A stretch of 64,000 bases of DNA from Octopus sinensis (lineage: Eukaryota), in NCBI RefSeq assembly GCF_006345805.1, contig NC_042997.1, positions 213,218,001 to 213,282,000 of the forward strand. Reading direction: 5' to 3'. Positions within the stretch are counted from its first letter, which is position 1; every line of letters starts with the position of its first letter. A model generated the notes under the pieces. That model saw only the letters and a program-made list of their open reading frames with translations. It was not told the DNA's origin and did not search any database. This document shows positions 24,921 to 38,189 of the stretch, piece by piece. Both the position numbers and the translations under genes were made by a program.

Positions 24921-27900
24921 TAATTATTTCAAATGTTATAAAGGCAATGAATCCTTTAAAGTAAAGAAATGACTGCTGCTGTGGAATAGAGAATAACCAT
25001 TATATATGCAATGCCATAAATGCAGGTATTACAGCAGACAAGATTTTCCATAAGATTCATAATGTTAAATGTCAAAGATAGATACAATGTAAAAAACCAA
25101 TAATAATAATAGTCACTTTTGCAGAAACAAAAATGATTGATTAAGGAAAAAGGGCAACAGCAAAGTGACCTCATTCGATATATTTAGCTTAGGGGCCTTT
25201 TGACAGTTTTCTCTGATCTCTGTGTTATTAAATGAATGGGAATTGATCGCTCACTGGACAGGGCATTCATCTCTCACTAACTTTCTGTGGCAGGGAGTGA
25301 TCTTACCTTTGCAAACCAATGAAATAATCCTGTTGCACAGTCACTACTTACACAAGAGTGAATTATAGACTTTTGGTACCTACATATAGAAATATAACCC
25401 CAGCTCTTGTCAGTGCAAGTAATAAGATATGAACCAGTGGTCCCCAATAATGGCTGTGTAGTATCCTATAGACTCAACTAACCACACACTTACCTAGTGA
25501 ACAGTTGGTGATGGTGCAACATAAAAAGACCTGTGCTATTGCCATGTAAAAAGCACCCGGCACACTCTGCTAAGGGGTAGGCATTAGGAAGGCCATAGAA
25601 ACCATGCTAAAACAGACGGCTGAAGCCTAGTGCAGTTCTCTGACTTACCAGTTTCCTGTTGAAACCCATGCCAGCATGGAAAGCAGCTATCAAATGATAA
25701 TGATGGCAGCTAGATAAAAGACAAATTATCTCATGACACTGTAAGACTTCTGCTTCAATTTGTACTAATTATGTCCACCCCCTTCACCGTCCATACGAAC
25801 AAATAATGCTGAGATGCTGGGCAATGCTAAGCATCAGTCAGAGTGATTGCAGATTTATAGAATGATTCGACAACAGGCTTTGTGATGTTTTATATGGAAA
25901 TAGACCAACGAAAATGGTAGAAGCAGTAATAGTGTTCAAAGGAAATTAACAATTACTACAAATACAAGAAAATCTTAGATGAAGGTCATTAGCTGAAAGA
26001 ACCAAGATCGACATAAAATACTTAACAACACAACATTTGAAATGATTTATTCTTAATTAAATTATGTATAGGTACAGTTACCTCCTTTGACCGCGGCTGT
26101 TTAAATAAGCTCACAACTAGATGGTGCAAGTAGCGTTTAGGTTCTGACACGAAACCCTGGCGCTCCCCCTTTTTGCATCGAGACGTCAGAGAGCAAAGAC
26201 ATGACCTAGCAACCTCTTGTACACATGCAAACATGAGGTAATACACAGAAGGGTTCATAAGTGAAGGGCTATGTTCATCAAACTCTTTCCATTATCATTG
26301 AACTTGTATATATTTGAGAGCAAGAGTAAAAGTACTTAAAGTTACATCTTTCTTCTTTGAATTCATTGCACCATGTTCCTTTATCAAATGATATTACAGC
26401 TTTCAGAACAGAGTCATCAGCAGATGGCTTCACAACTTGAGAACACAACCATCTAAATATGTTTCAAATGAATTAACCTTGTCACACATTTTTACATTTA
26501 CATCAATAGTTTCCATCAATTTAGTCTTTGATCACTATCAGGTGATTTATTCCTTGATGCATATACAGCACCAGGAGGTATTTGAACAAGGAGACTTCAT
26601 TTCTAAACTCAGAGTAGAAACATTTAATTATGTTATCGTACCAATGGCAGAGTCAATAACATATCCAGGACAATCAGATGTCAGAGGGAAAATTCTAATC
26701 ATCCATAAAAGGCTTTCTGAAAAGTCTAACAAAACAAATGTTAGTCGCAGAAACCTGAATGAATGGTAAGAGTAAGGAGAAAAGAAGCATCAAAATGAGA
26801 AGAGGGATGCATTAAAAGTGGAGGTCATTTTGAACATTGTATAATGACTGCTAGATTAACATTAGCTTTGGCTTTATCACATGAAATCATCATCATTTAA
26901 CGTCCGTTTTCCATGCTAGCACAGGTTGGACAGTTCAACCGGGGTCTGGGAAGTCAGGAAGCTGCACCAGGCTCCAGTCTAATCTGGCAGTGTTTCTACA
27001 GCTGGATGCCCTTCCTAATGCCAACCACTCCGTGAGTGTAGTGAGTGCTTTTTATGTGCCAGGAGAGACTGGCAGCGGCCACGATAGGTTGGTGCCATGA
27101 TTGAGAGAAATCTCTCCGTAGTCTATTATAGGTAATATTCTCTGATCATCTAATACCGAGTCCAGATAGGTGAAACGAGATGTTGCAGACTGTTCTGTCC
27201 ACAAACATTCACACTCCAATGGTAACATTGTTCCCTGTCTCATGCCATAAGCATTCAGTTGTCATTATGTTATTTTTACTATTATTATTACTGTAACCAG
27301 GTAAAAGGCCCCCGTGCTTGTGCCACATAAAAGCACCCATGTTGGTGTCCCACAAAAGGCACCCAGTACAGTCTGTAAAATGGCTGGCATTAGAAAGCTG
27401 GACCAACTGTAGAAACCATGCCAAGAGTAACAACTGGATCCTGGTGCAGCTTTCTGGCTTGCCAGGTCCTCTGCCAGCATGGAAAACAGACATTGAATAG
27501 TGATGACAATGATGCTGACGAGATGTATTTAGAAGTATTTCATTAGCATTTACATTTTATAGATTTGAAGAAAATACACTTAAACCTGCACACACACAAA
27601 TACACTGCACTAGAATTAACTTGATATGACTTAACCCTTTAGCAGTTAAACTGTCCATAACCCAGCCTAAATATTCTACCCATTTTATGTTCAAACCTGC
27701 TAGAATTGGTCTTTCATACACACCCTAGAATGTCATTTTAGAAATAAGCAATCACATCCACCCCGGTGGCACGTAAAAAGCACCATCCAATTGTGGAAGT
27801 TGCCAGCCTCATTTGGCCCCCGTGCCGGTGGCACGTAAAAACCACCATCCGATCGTGGTCGTTTGCCAGCCTCGTCTGGCACCTGTGTAGGTGGCACGTA

Positions 27901-28218
27901 AAAAGCACCCACTACACTCATGGAGTGGTTGGCGTTAGGAAGGGCATAGAGCTGTAGAAACACTGCCAGATCAGATTGAGGCCTAGCGCAGCCTCCTGGC
28001 TTCCCAGACCCCAGTTGAACCGTCCAACCCATGCTAGCATGGAAAACAGACGTTAAATGATGATAATGATGACATCAACGAAATCTCAACACTACAAGAT
28101 AATGCATGATTAATCAAAACAATGTAAATAAATAAGCATTGAATGCTGCACAGGTAAATAGTACAAGATGGTTATTCAACAGAAATGGAATTCAGCAAGA
28201 AAAATAGTTGAAACTTAC

Positions 28219-29457
28219 CAATATAACAGGTCCAGAGCTTTCATTCTTAAAAAATGGATTTGGACTTAAAACAGCCAAAGTTAGTTCATATGAAGCAAAG
28301 ATCAAACCCAATAAGGTCGTAATGGAGAAAGCAATTACGTTGGTGCTGGGTAAGAAAAATGCCACAAAACAAGTAACTGGGTTTGCCATAATGTTCAGTA
28401 ACACAGACAAAAAATAGGGATAGTTACCATAGGGCAGGCAAGCATACGACTGTATGGCAGGAAGAACACCATTTGATAGGGCATTCAGTAATGTTGTTAG
28501 AAATATAAGATAGATGAAGAGTGACAGAGAAATATGCCTGGTGCGGCCATAAACTAAGTCATTATTTCCATCATCAGAATTTTCACTTCTGTCATTGGAG
28601 CCTCTATAAAGATGGTCCACTGATTCCCCAGAAGCACCAACTTCACTGCAGTCACAAGGGGAAACAAAGGCATCCCTGTCATTCAGCTCTACAGTTGTGG
28701 TCTGTTGACTTTGAGATGGGGTCATTGTAGTGTCTTTGCGTATGAAGGTCTTCTCGTTAATTACCATTTCGTTCTTACAAATTGAAAGAGTATTTAGTAA
28801 TGTGAACGAGATTCCAGACAACAGCATCATGGTGAAGAGAAAGAGAAAGAAATCCCGAACAGGAAAGTGAGGTGGCATCAATTGAGGATATAATTTGTAT
28901 GTTGTAATGTTCTCGACATCAGTTATGGAAATGTTCATACATTCTACATTTTTAGCACCCTGCCCCAAAGCAACAAAGCTGGGTAAAAGGCCACTTAAGC
29001 CTTCGCCAATGAAATAACTAATCAAATATTTTTCTTGAAAGTTGGCAACAAATGGGAAAAAAGCAACTGATGAAGTACAGTCAACGAGGGCAAGAAAAAA
29101 TTCTAGGATGAGCAAAGCAGAGCTGTGTTGTCTTCCAGCAATGAGCGTAACCTTATCCCAAAAGAATGATAACAGCATACATGCTGAAGAGCCAATAATA
29201 AGAAGAGTCAATATGACTTTCTTTTCATTCAGGATATTTGGCAGAAACACACTGATAAGGGTGTAGGTTATTGGACCAATATTTGCAAGTTGGATGACAA
29301 CAGACAGGTATGAAGGAAGATCCCATTTCTCAGGTAAATTCTGTACAAGAATTGGTAACTCAACCCAAATACCATTAATGGCAATCCAAGAGCCAATTCC
29401 AAAGACACAAAGTAAGGAATGGACAATCACAGAATTTTTTTCACAAGTAAATTTCAT
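28219..29457 (-). CDS. SLC52A3: SLC52-family riboflavin transporter (RFVT/SLC52A3-like), first coding exon, 413 codons
   Basis: ORF MKFTCEKNSVIVHSLLCVFGIGSWIAINGIWVELPILVQNLPEKWDLPSYLSVVIQLANIGP... carries the SLC52 N-terminal signature and many TM segments. Donor TTG|GTAAGT at 28218, so the track's VSFNYFSC tail is intron read-through. In-frame upstream TGA (29514-29512) supports this ATG; an acceptor at 29532/29533 puts the exon start at 29531. The paralog number is nominal for an invertebrate. Confidence 0.93.
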
Positions 29458-29888
29458 TTTGATTCCAGCTTTTGATGGTATTCTTGGTAAGTATTGCTGT
29501 TTGCCTCAGTATCACTGGATCTGAAGATTACCTAAAATTAGAATAAAGAATAAATAACTTTAACAGAAGCACTGGGAGAAAATAGAATTAAAAATAACAT
29601 TCACTGAGTATGTGTAAGAGTATTGTTTGTTGGACATTTCCTAAACCATTTTAACTGATTTCATAATCGCCCTCATCTCTTTTCCAGGCATGTATAAGTT
29701 AAATGAGAAAGGGGATCACCCCTTGTCGCAATACTTTGTCATTTCCTTTGTAAGGTTCAGTCCCATGAGATTAGCTCCCACCGTTTCTTCCTTAGTTTTC
29801 CTCTTCACATGTTCCATGCTGGGCTCTTCTTTAAACATCTCTCATTCTCCATACGCATCACTCACACCAGTGCATAATATATATCCTA

Positions 29889-30395
29889 CTAGCAGTATCG
29901 CCCGGCGTTGCTCGGGTTTGTAAGGGAAATAACTATATAAGCATTTTTAGAGAGTTACTTCCCTTATAAATTCGGGCTTTCTTAGCCATTTCTGTTTTGG
30001 TGTCTTCAAGCCATGAAGTCATTGTTCTAAAAGAACGCTGGTTTCCTTCACAACGCATTACGACGTTGATTTCCTTAAACTCCCTTCCCCACAGCTTCAC
30101 GAGAGAGGGAAGAAGGGGGAGAAGCAAACAGGTGCAGCTGTGAGCGTGGACACCAACTCCGCCGCCATCGACACACGAAAAACTATGCATTAAAATGGAA
30201 TAAAAAATGATGTTAAATTATTTTTAAAATCGTAGACTCATCGTAGACGCGCGCTAATACTCAGATGGGCTCGATATGAATCACGACTATAAGATACCCG
30301 AATTTGGTTAAACTGCACCGCAAAATGTGGGAGGAGTTAGGAATCTAAATCGAAGGGGACAGACACTCACACAACTACAGTTTTATATATATAGA
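29889..30395 (-). mobile_element. Non-autonomous Helitron, 507 bp, inserted in an older RTE relic (~29600-30870)
   Basis: Minus strand reads A|TCTATATATATAAAA...cccgagcaacgccggg...CTAG|T: 5' TC, 3' CTAG, subterminal GC hairpin, A/T target, no TSD. Confidence 0.9.
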
Positions 30396-31464
30396 TTTCT
30401 TTTACAACCAGTTTTGTTCTCAGTTCATTTGTGTTCTGTTGTTCATATACATAAACAATACACATCCAATCGAGTGGCTGTGTCTCATTTCTTTCTTCAC
30501 TGCACACATCAACTGCATTCAATGCCCAAGTTTCACTCCTAACCAACACTACATTTCATAGACAAACATCATACAATGTGTTTCACTTACAGAGAGACTC
30601 CTTTTTTTGCCAGTATTTACTCCATGTAATTTTTTGAACCAGTCTTAGGCTACTGTTTTCAGAACACCAACACTGTTATTGTGTTACTTTGGTAAAAGAA
30701 GCTGTCAATTACATCTAGAGAGTATTTGAAAGAATTCATTTCATGGGTCCACATATGGCTAACTACTCCAGTACATCTGCTACAAAAAAAGCTTTTCTTC
30801 ACTGTCAGTCTACCGTTGATGTTATTGCATCTCTTGTGCACTTATAATTTAGATTAGGTTTACATAGTACAGAGTTCCTACCTGCTCCTTGTCTGCGTAT
30901 TGGAAAATGTATGCAGTTTGTAGTCAGCAACGTTGAACGATAGAGACAACCATGAGGTTTGTTAGACAACAATTTTAAGTGCGTTAACACAATGATAAAT
31001 GCCTGTTTAATATTTAGCAGACAACTCTGTTGTTCTTTGATGTAAGTCACGAGTGTCAAAGCCTATAAAACAATCCCATGAAAACAAAACAAGAACCAGT
31101 AAAGTTCAAAAAGTATAGAAAAATCAAACTATATCAAAATATGTTAAGGGTAAAAGAGTGTGGGAGGAAGAAAGAGTGACAGAGCAGAATATTTTCTCCA
31201 ATTTTGTATGTAAATATGTAATGTTATCTAAAACAATTGCATCCGTATTGTCAAGTTATTCAGAACTGTTCACCATTTAACATGACATGTATAAACATGA
31301 AGTCACTTAGGACTTTCATGATGAGGAATGACAAATTAACAGCACAGAACAAATCAGCAAATTGCCCCGTCATTTATTTAGCTTATCAATATTATCTTGG
31401 CATTCCTGATAAAGAAATAATGTAGAGAGGTTCATACAATGCGAAGGGATGATTTAGTAATTCC

Positions 31465-31695
31465 TATTTCTCTACTAACCACAAGGGGCTAATCATAGAG
31501 GGGACAAACAAGGACAGACAAATGGATTAAGTCGATTATATCGACCCCAGTGCATAACTGGTACTTATTTAATCGACCCTGAAAGGATGAAAGGCAAAGT
31601 CGACCTCGGCGGAATTTGAACTCAGAACGTAACGGCAGACAAAATACCACTAAGCATTTCGCCCGGCATGCTAACGTTTCTGCCAGCTCGCCTTT
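31465..31695 (-). mobile_element. tRNA-derived SINE, family A
   Basis: A-box-like tggcagaaacgttag and B-box-like gagttcaaattcc; TSD gattta(g/t)taatt at 31451-31462 and 31696-31707. Older copies lie at ~11995-12180, 15890-16250, 20665-21110 and 44695-44900. Confidence 0.85.
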
Positions 31696-32269
31696 GATTT
31701 ATTAATTTATTTATTTATTAATTCCTGATGTATTTTGGGTTCAACATATAAAGGAAAAACAGTGATTAGAAACCAGACCAGCAAGCAGAAAGTAGGAGCA
31801 CCTGAATTGGCATGGGAAAGAGTGATAGGAGAAGTGAGTGTGTGGGAGTACTAGCAGCAAGTCCTGGTGGCACCCCACGGCCACTAACAATGCTTTTATT
31901 ATTATCATTATTGGGACTGCTGAGGCAAGTACAAACCTTCACCACTGCTCAGCACAGCTACCACTATTACTACACTACCAAAACCACCACTCATGACTCT
32001 AGTGCTGCTGCTATTGCTCCCACTAACAAAAAATCCATGGCTATCTTTAGTCTCTTAAAAAGCCATTAACTGTTCTTCCTCTGCTGATGGACATTTCAGC
32101 CAAGTCTCCCTTCTTTATCGTAAGAAACTACCTGCATTATTTCTTTATTGTGTCTTTGTATCCCAATACCTGAAGTAATTTCCTAATATATTCAACATCA
32201 GCTATGATTGTTGCTTGACAATGTTGCTAAACTTATCAAGGGTCTCACTGACTGTCAGGGTAATCGCCC

Positions 32270-34020
32270 CTAATGACATCATCTTCTACCCTACCGAGGG
32301 GGTCTTGGCCACCCTCCAACTCAGACAAGCTGAATCACCAGCAGACCTCAGACCAATATCCCCACCTGCTATACATGGCTTCCAAAACAGATATCCTCTC
32401 TGTTCTGAAGTATTTCCCTGTCAGCAGTGAAGGTGTCAATGGTCTCTAACCTAACCCTAACCTCAAAGACTTACTATATCCTCTTACTGCTGAAGCCAGG
32501 TACCACCTGCTGAGTGCAATTACAACTCTCACCAACAAGTTCATTCATGGTGCCCTGGACTCTTATTCCCAACATCTCTTCTTTTTGGCCTGCTTAATCA
32601 CTCTTGGGAAGAAGGACTGTGGCATATGCCCCATTGCTGTGGGGTAATATCTCCTACAGGCTCATGGCCAAGGTTATCTGCAGGTCTGTCACATCTGAAA
32701 AAGGCAAGGAACTCAGCCCAATGCAGCTAGGGGTTACCTATGCTGCCAGACAATTCTTCAATGACTATGCTCCCAAGTCAGCACTGAGTGATCCCAGGCC
32801 CCTCAGTGTTAAGGCTGACATGAAAAACGCTTTCAATTGTCTGCACCATGACCACATTCTCAAGGTCTGCACCCACAGTACCCCATCTGACTACCCATTG
32901 GCTTACCTGTTATATGGGTCCCTGAGCATGCTCCTCATTGCTTATAATACCATCTATGACTGGTGTCCAACAGGGTGATCCATCATGCCTCCTCTTTACT
33001 CTCAGAGTACCTGGATGGCGTGATGATAGGTGAACCTGCAGAGAGTGTCTGCCATGATCTCTGATCAGGGGTTCCCACTCTGGCAAGAATAACTCGTCCA
33101 AGTCAGAGGCCATGAACATCAATTACAATGCAGAGGGCTTCTCAGCCTCCACCTCACATGTACAATCATTGCTCCACCAAGTGCAGGTGACCGCAAGAGA
33201 GGATATCCTTATCCTTGGTTCATCAATCCTCCTGCCTACCATTCACTTCACCTTCGGTTCCAGTCTTCACCAGTTCAAAACCCTGACCAACAGACTGAAC
33301 TGGATCAACGCCCATCCGGCATTCTTCCTCTTAAACTGTTCTGCCATGCTGGAGCTTCTATATATCTTCTGTAGTGCCCCTTGCTAGTCACACATCATTC
33401 CTCACAGATCTTAATGCCTGTATCCAATGGGCCACTGAGAAGATACGCACTGTCTGATTTGACAACACTGGGTGGTAACAGACCACCTTACCCATCAGAT
33501 ATGGCAGCCTCCAGTCTCTGGTCTCACAGGGCTTGCCAACATTTCTCTCATTAGTCACCTCTGGCCATGTCCTCATCAACAGGGTTCTCCACAATGCAAC
33601 CAAACTTATAGTGATCAGGGATTGTGAGGTGGCCTACTTGATATGGAGCCAACTTGGCCTCCACTCTGTAGATGTCCATCTACCTCTCCCTTTTGTGGAC
33701 AAGTCCCCCACCACCAAAGAAAAAAATGGGATACCATTCAGCACCGTGTGATCTCAGTTGGGATAATGCACCATCTTAACCAGCACAGTCTGGCATGTTT
33801 CCGCTCAACCTGCCTGGCTCAATGCAGCGCCATAACCCTTGACTGTCACTCAGAGGGATAGTGACTGTTTGTGCATAGGTGTTTCCCTGGCACTGGGCCT
33901 TCAGATCTGTGAACCTCACAAATGCTGCTACAGATTCACTGTGGATTCTTTTGGCTTCCATCCATTGTCAGGACATTATAGAGCTGATTGCCTTCTATGT
34001 CATGCAGCTCTCAATGAGGG
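32270..34020 (+). mobile_element. Degenerate CRE-clade (RLE-type) non-LTR retrotransposon
   Basis: Frameshifted pieces LGKKDCGICPIAVG (RPIAVG), SPMQLGV, KADMKNAFNCL, GVQQGDP, YLDG, and a C-terminal C..H.LSC..R..H..LN-like knuckle. Confidence 0.75.
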
Positions 34021-35709
34021 ACTAGACAGAGAGAACAGTAAATACAGAGAAATTAGTAATAGAGATATAGTGAGTACTAACTCAAACACTATAATAGAAC
34101 GTGATACTCAAAATTTTAAAAATCAAAATGGAGTATATAAATTAGAAAATAAAAGGAACAAACAGCAATATAAATAATCAGGTAGATAAAGAAAGTAGAG
34201 TTAGATATAAGAAATGTGATTGTGTAACAAATAAATTATGCCCATTACAATTTAAGTGTAAAATTAAAGAAACAGTGTACAGGTGTAAGGTAATTTCAAA
34301 TGGATAGGTATACTACTATATTGGTGCTAGCAAGACCACTGAAGGAATGGTAAGATAGTATAGGTATAGAAACATAAACACATTAGCGAGTATTGACCTA
34401 ATTTCAGACAGCAAGTGACTTTATTCCTCACCAGGCAGGTCGAAAGTCCAAAATATGGGGCTGTTTTTAGTAACACTCACACCATGTACATGAATAATTC
34501 TGGTTGGGCTAATACTCTGTTCAGATGCTATCTGAAATACAGTTAAATTTTATCCTGATGAAACAACATTAGTAATTAACACCGAAATGCATATTCTGCA
34601 GTGTGCATTGGCTTGCATCCAAAACACATGTAGTTACTTACAAAACTGTAATTAACTGTATAATAAAGCCTGGAGATGTAAATCTTTGTTCTCCTGATAT
34701 TTATTAGTTTATCATTTCTTCTCTACCGACACAATGCAGTCTTTATAAAGTTATTTGGATTCACCAAAGTGAGGATTTAGCAAGTATAGTAAATTCAACT
34801 AACTGGAGTTCATGTACATTCACTGAGGTTAGCCAGCATCGTTAACGGATAAGAGTAAGCATGATACCCACTAGGATTATATATCTCTCTTAACCATGTT
34901 TGGAAATTTACTTTATACATACATAGAATCGAAATCGATCAATGGAAATTGCAGCTGAGTTACCAGTGCCGGTGGCACGTAAGAGAACCATCCGAATGTG
35001 GCCGTTGCCAGCGCCGCCCAGACTGGCCTCATGCCGGTGGCACATAAAAATCACCATCCGTTCGTGGCCGTTTCCAGCCTCGCCTGGCCCCCGTGCTGGT
35101 GGCACGTAAAAAAAACACCATCCGTTCGTGGCCGTTTGCCAGACTCGTCTGGCACCACCATCCGTTCGTGACCGTTGCCAGCGCCGCCCCGACGGGCCTC
35201 ATGCCGGTGGCATGTAAAAAGCACCACCCATTCGTGGCCGTTGGCAGCCTCGCCTGGCCCTGTGCCGGTGGCACGTAAAAAGCATCATCCATCCGTGGCC
35301 ATTTTCCAGCTCCGTCTGGCACCTGTGCGGGTGGCACGTAAAAAGCACCCACTACACTCACAGAGTGGTTGGCGTTAGGAAGGGCATCCAGCCGTAGAAA
35401 CACTGCCAGATCAGACTGGGCCTGATGCAGCCTTCTGGCTTCACAGATCCCAGTTGAACCGTCCAGCCCATGCTAGCATGGAAAGCGGACGCATGATGAT
35501 GATGATGATGATATATATATATATTTATATACACACACACTCACACATACAAACAGATACATATAAAGGGATATAAGTAGAGACAAAAACTAAATTTATT
35601 TAGACGATAAACACAAACGTACATGTGTTTATAGTCGAAATATATTTAGTTTTTGTCTGTGTATATATTTCCCTATATAGATATACTTTATAAGTTGTGA
35701 AATTTGTGA

Positions 35710-36391
35710 TCATGTGTGTGTGCTGTAGTGTGCAATTTTTGCCATGGTCAGGAAGTTGGAACAAAGAGTCAACGTGAAATTTTGCTTTAAACTTAGGAAG
35801 TCTGCTACAAAGACATTGAGCATTTCTTTGGCAGCTTACAGTGATGAGGCAATGGGTTGTATGCAATGTTGTGAGTGGCACAGGCACTTCAAAGGCTGAA
35901 GAACATCTTCAGATGACAACAAGCAATCCAGCAGACCTGCCAAAAGCATGACCATTGAAAATGTGGGGGAAATTCATCAGCTTACACATGAAGATTGTTG
36001 GAGAACAGGCAACAATGCTTCTAAGCATTTGAGGGAGACATTTGCCAAAAGTGACCAGTTATGTGACGTGTGAAAAACTGGATTCTTCACAACAACAATG
36101 TACCATCACCAACCTCTTCGCACCCATCTTATTCGCCAGATTTAGCACCCGCAGACTTCTATCTCTGCCTCAAAATGAAAATACAGTTCAAAGGTCAAGA
36201 GTGAATTGCAGAAGGTTTTCAACTCAATTCTGGAAAACTTCTTCCAGGCCAGATTCCAAAAGTTGCTGGAATGCTGGAACCAGTGTACTGTTGTACAGGT
36301 GACTATTTCAAAGGAGATGATGTTAAAACTTAGGTAAATAAGTTATTTTTATTAAACATTACTAGTCTGGGAACTTTTTGATACCCCCTTG
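35710..36391 (+). mobile_element. Internally deleted mariner copy of the same family as 4495-5618
   Basis: Shares the KFCFKLRKSAT-type 5' region and the right TIR gggaactttttgatacccccttg followed by TA. Confidence 0.8.
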
Positions 36392-36652
36392 TATACATAC
36401 AGACACTTATATATTATATGTCATCATCATCATCATCATCATTGTTCGATCGTGGTCGAGACAATGGAATTTACCATGCTACGCCAGACTTCACGGTCCA
36501 TCATGGCATTACGGAGGTCCTGTTGCTGGATGCCTGTATCCCTGGAGATTACATCAGCGTAGGAGAGTGTGCGCCCTCTGGTATTGTGAGTAGATGGCTT
36601 CCAGAGGAGAAGAGTAGAAATGACCTCTTTTTCAGCTACATATTATATGTAG

Positions 36653-36924
36653 GAGGGGGTACCCAAAAGTAACTGGAAATGTTTTCTATGGGACAAGCCC
36701 ATTGTAGTTCAGGCTTCTAGTGGTAGAAGCCACTTGATGCAACCCTCAGACATCAGTCTGCCAACTGGCAGAGCTCCAGCACTGCTTCAAACAGTGGAAA
36801 ACACGTCTGGACCAATGCATTGCTTCAAATAAAGAATACTTTGATGATGATAAAAGTGAGAACATGTAAAACTAAGTGAATAAAATAATATTGCAAAATT
36901 CCAGTTTCTTTTGGGTACCCCCTC
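36653..36924. mobile_element. Mariner-type MITE, 272 bp
   Basis: 24-bp TIRs gagggggtacccaaaagtaactgg / ccagtttcttttgggtaccccctc with 1 mismatch; termini resemble the adjacent mariner TIR. Confidence 0.75.
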
Positions 36925-37875
36925 ATATTTACATATTATATATATATATCATCATCATCGTTTAATGTCTGACTTCCATGCTGGCATAGATGGAGCCAGC
37001 CAAGCAGAAGCCTGTACCAGACTTCTGTGTCTGTACTGGCAGGATCTTTACAGCTGGATGCCCTTCCTAAACCAACCACTCAGCAGAATGGACTGAGTGC
37101 TTTTTACACAGCACAAGCACAGGTAAGGTCAGTTTTTTACAAGTTTTACCAACCACTTTACAGTGTGGACTGGGTGCTTTTTAAGTGCCACCTGCACTGA
37201 CAGGGTCACCAAGTACTTGCAAGATGAAAAAAAATTTGAGAGGGGAGTAGGCAGTGGAGGAGGGGATCTTGTGTCAGATGAGGGAAGTTATGCGGCAGAA
37301 ACAGGTGTCTTGCTGTGGAGGAAGTATAAGGTTACTCAGCCGGAGGGAGAGATCAGGAATGAAGACAAAATCTCCACAAAGGAGATGCATGGTTACCCAA
37401 CTTGAGGGAAGTGCAGGAGGAGAGGGAGAGCAGGAGACAGCAGTGTAGAGATGGTGGCAAAGTGCCAGGAATACTCGCAAGGGACGGGGACCAGAATATG
37501 AATAGGATGGTTGAGTAAAGGAAGTGGGATATAAATGACATCAGTGCAAAGGCATACCCCTGAGGTTCAAATGTCATATGTAGCAGGATATTGCCAAAGA
37601 AGCGTGATTAGAGAGTGCAGGAGGGGAAATGAGTGGCAAAAACCTGAGTATATATAGAGTGGGGGGGGGCTACCAGATGATACAGAGAAACAGGATTGGG
37701 GAGTGAGAGGTAGGCATACTGTATGAAGGAGGAAATGTGAATGTGAGATGTAGAGATGTAGACTGGTTTGTTGGGGTAGGGTGTGTGGGTGGAACACAAG
37801 TTGGGAAGTAGCAGAGAGCAATGGTAGAGTGAGACGGGGCCAAGAGAACAGGATTGGGGAGTGGGAGGTAACATA

Positions 37876-38108
37876 TATTTATTTACTACCCACAAGGGGC
37901 TAAACACAGAAGGGACAAACAAGGACAGACGAAGGGATTAAGTCGATTATATCGACCCCAGTACGTAACTGGTACTTAATTTATCGACCCCGAAAGGATG
38001 AAAGGCAAAGTCGACCTCGGCGGAATTTGAACTCGGAAAGTAACGACAGACGAAATACGACTACGCATTTCGCCCGGCGTGCTAACGTTTCTGCCAGCTC
38101 GCCGCTTT
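37876..38108 (-). mobile_element. Young tRNA-derived SINE, family A
   Basis: CpG-intact copy with a perfect 15-bp TSD gtgggaggtaacata at 37861-37875 and 38109-38123. Confidence 0.92.
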
Positions 38109-38189
38109 GTGGGAGGTAACATAGTGCATGAAGCGGAAATGTAAGGGAGAGATGTATGTGTATTTCAAAGTCTGTCAACAAAGATTTTG

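Noticed and set aside
26437-26769. 110-codon ORF in the SLC52 intron; considered nested gene or NUMT
   Set aside because: Non-ATG start, no recognisable motif under the standard or mitochondrial reading, and no splice support.
32445-32465. ctaacctaaccctaacc telomere-like motif
   Set aside because: Only about two units, inside a decayed retrotransposon coding region.
34554-34590. CTGATGA...GAAA hammerhead-like core
   Set aside because: The intervening stem II does not pair and no stems I/III are evident.
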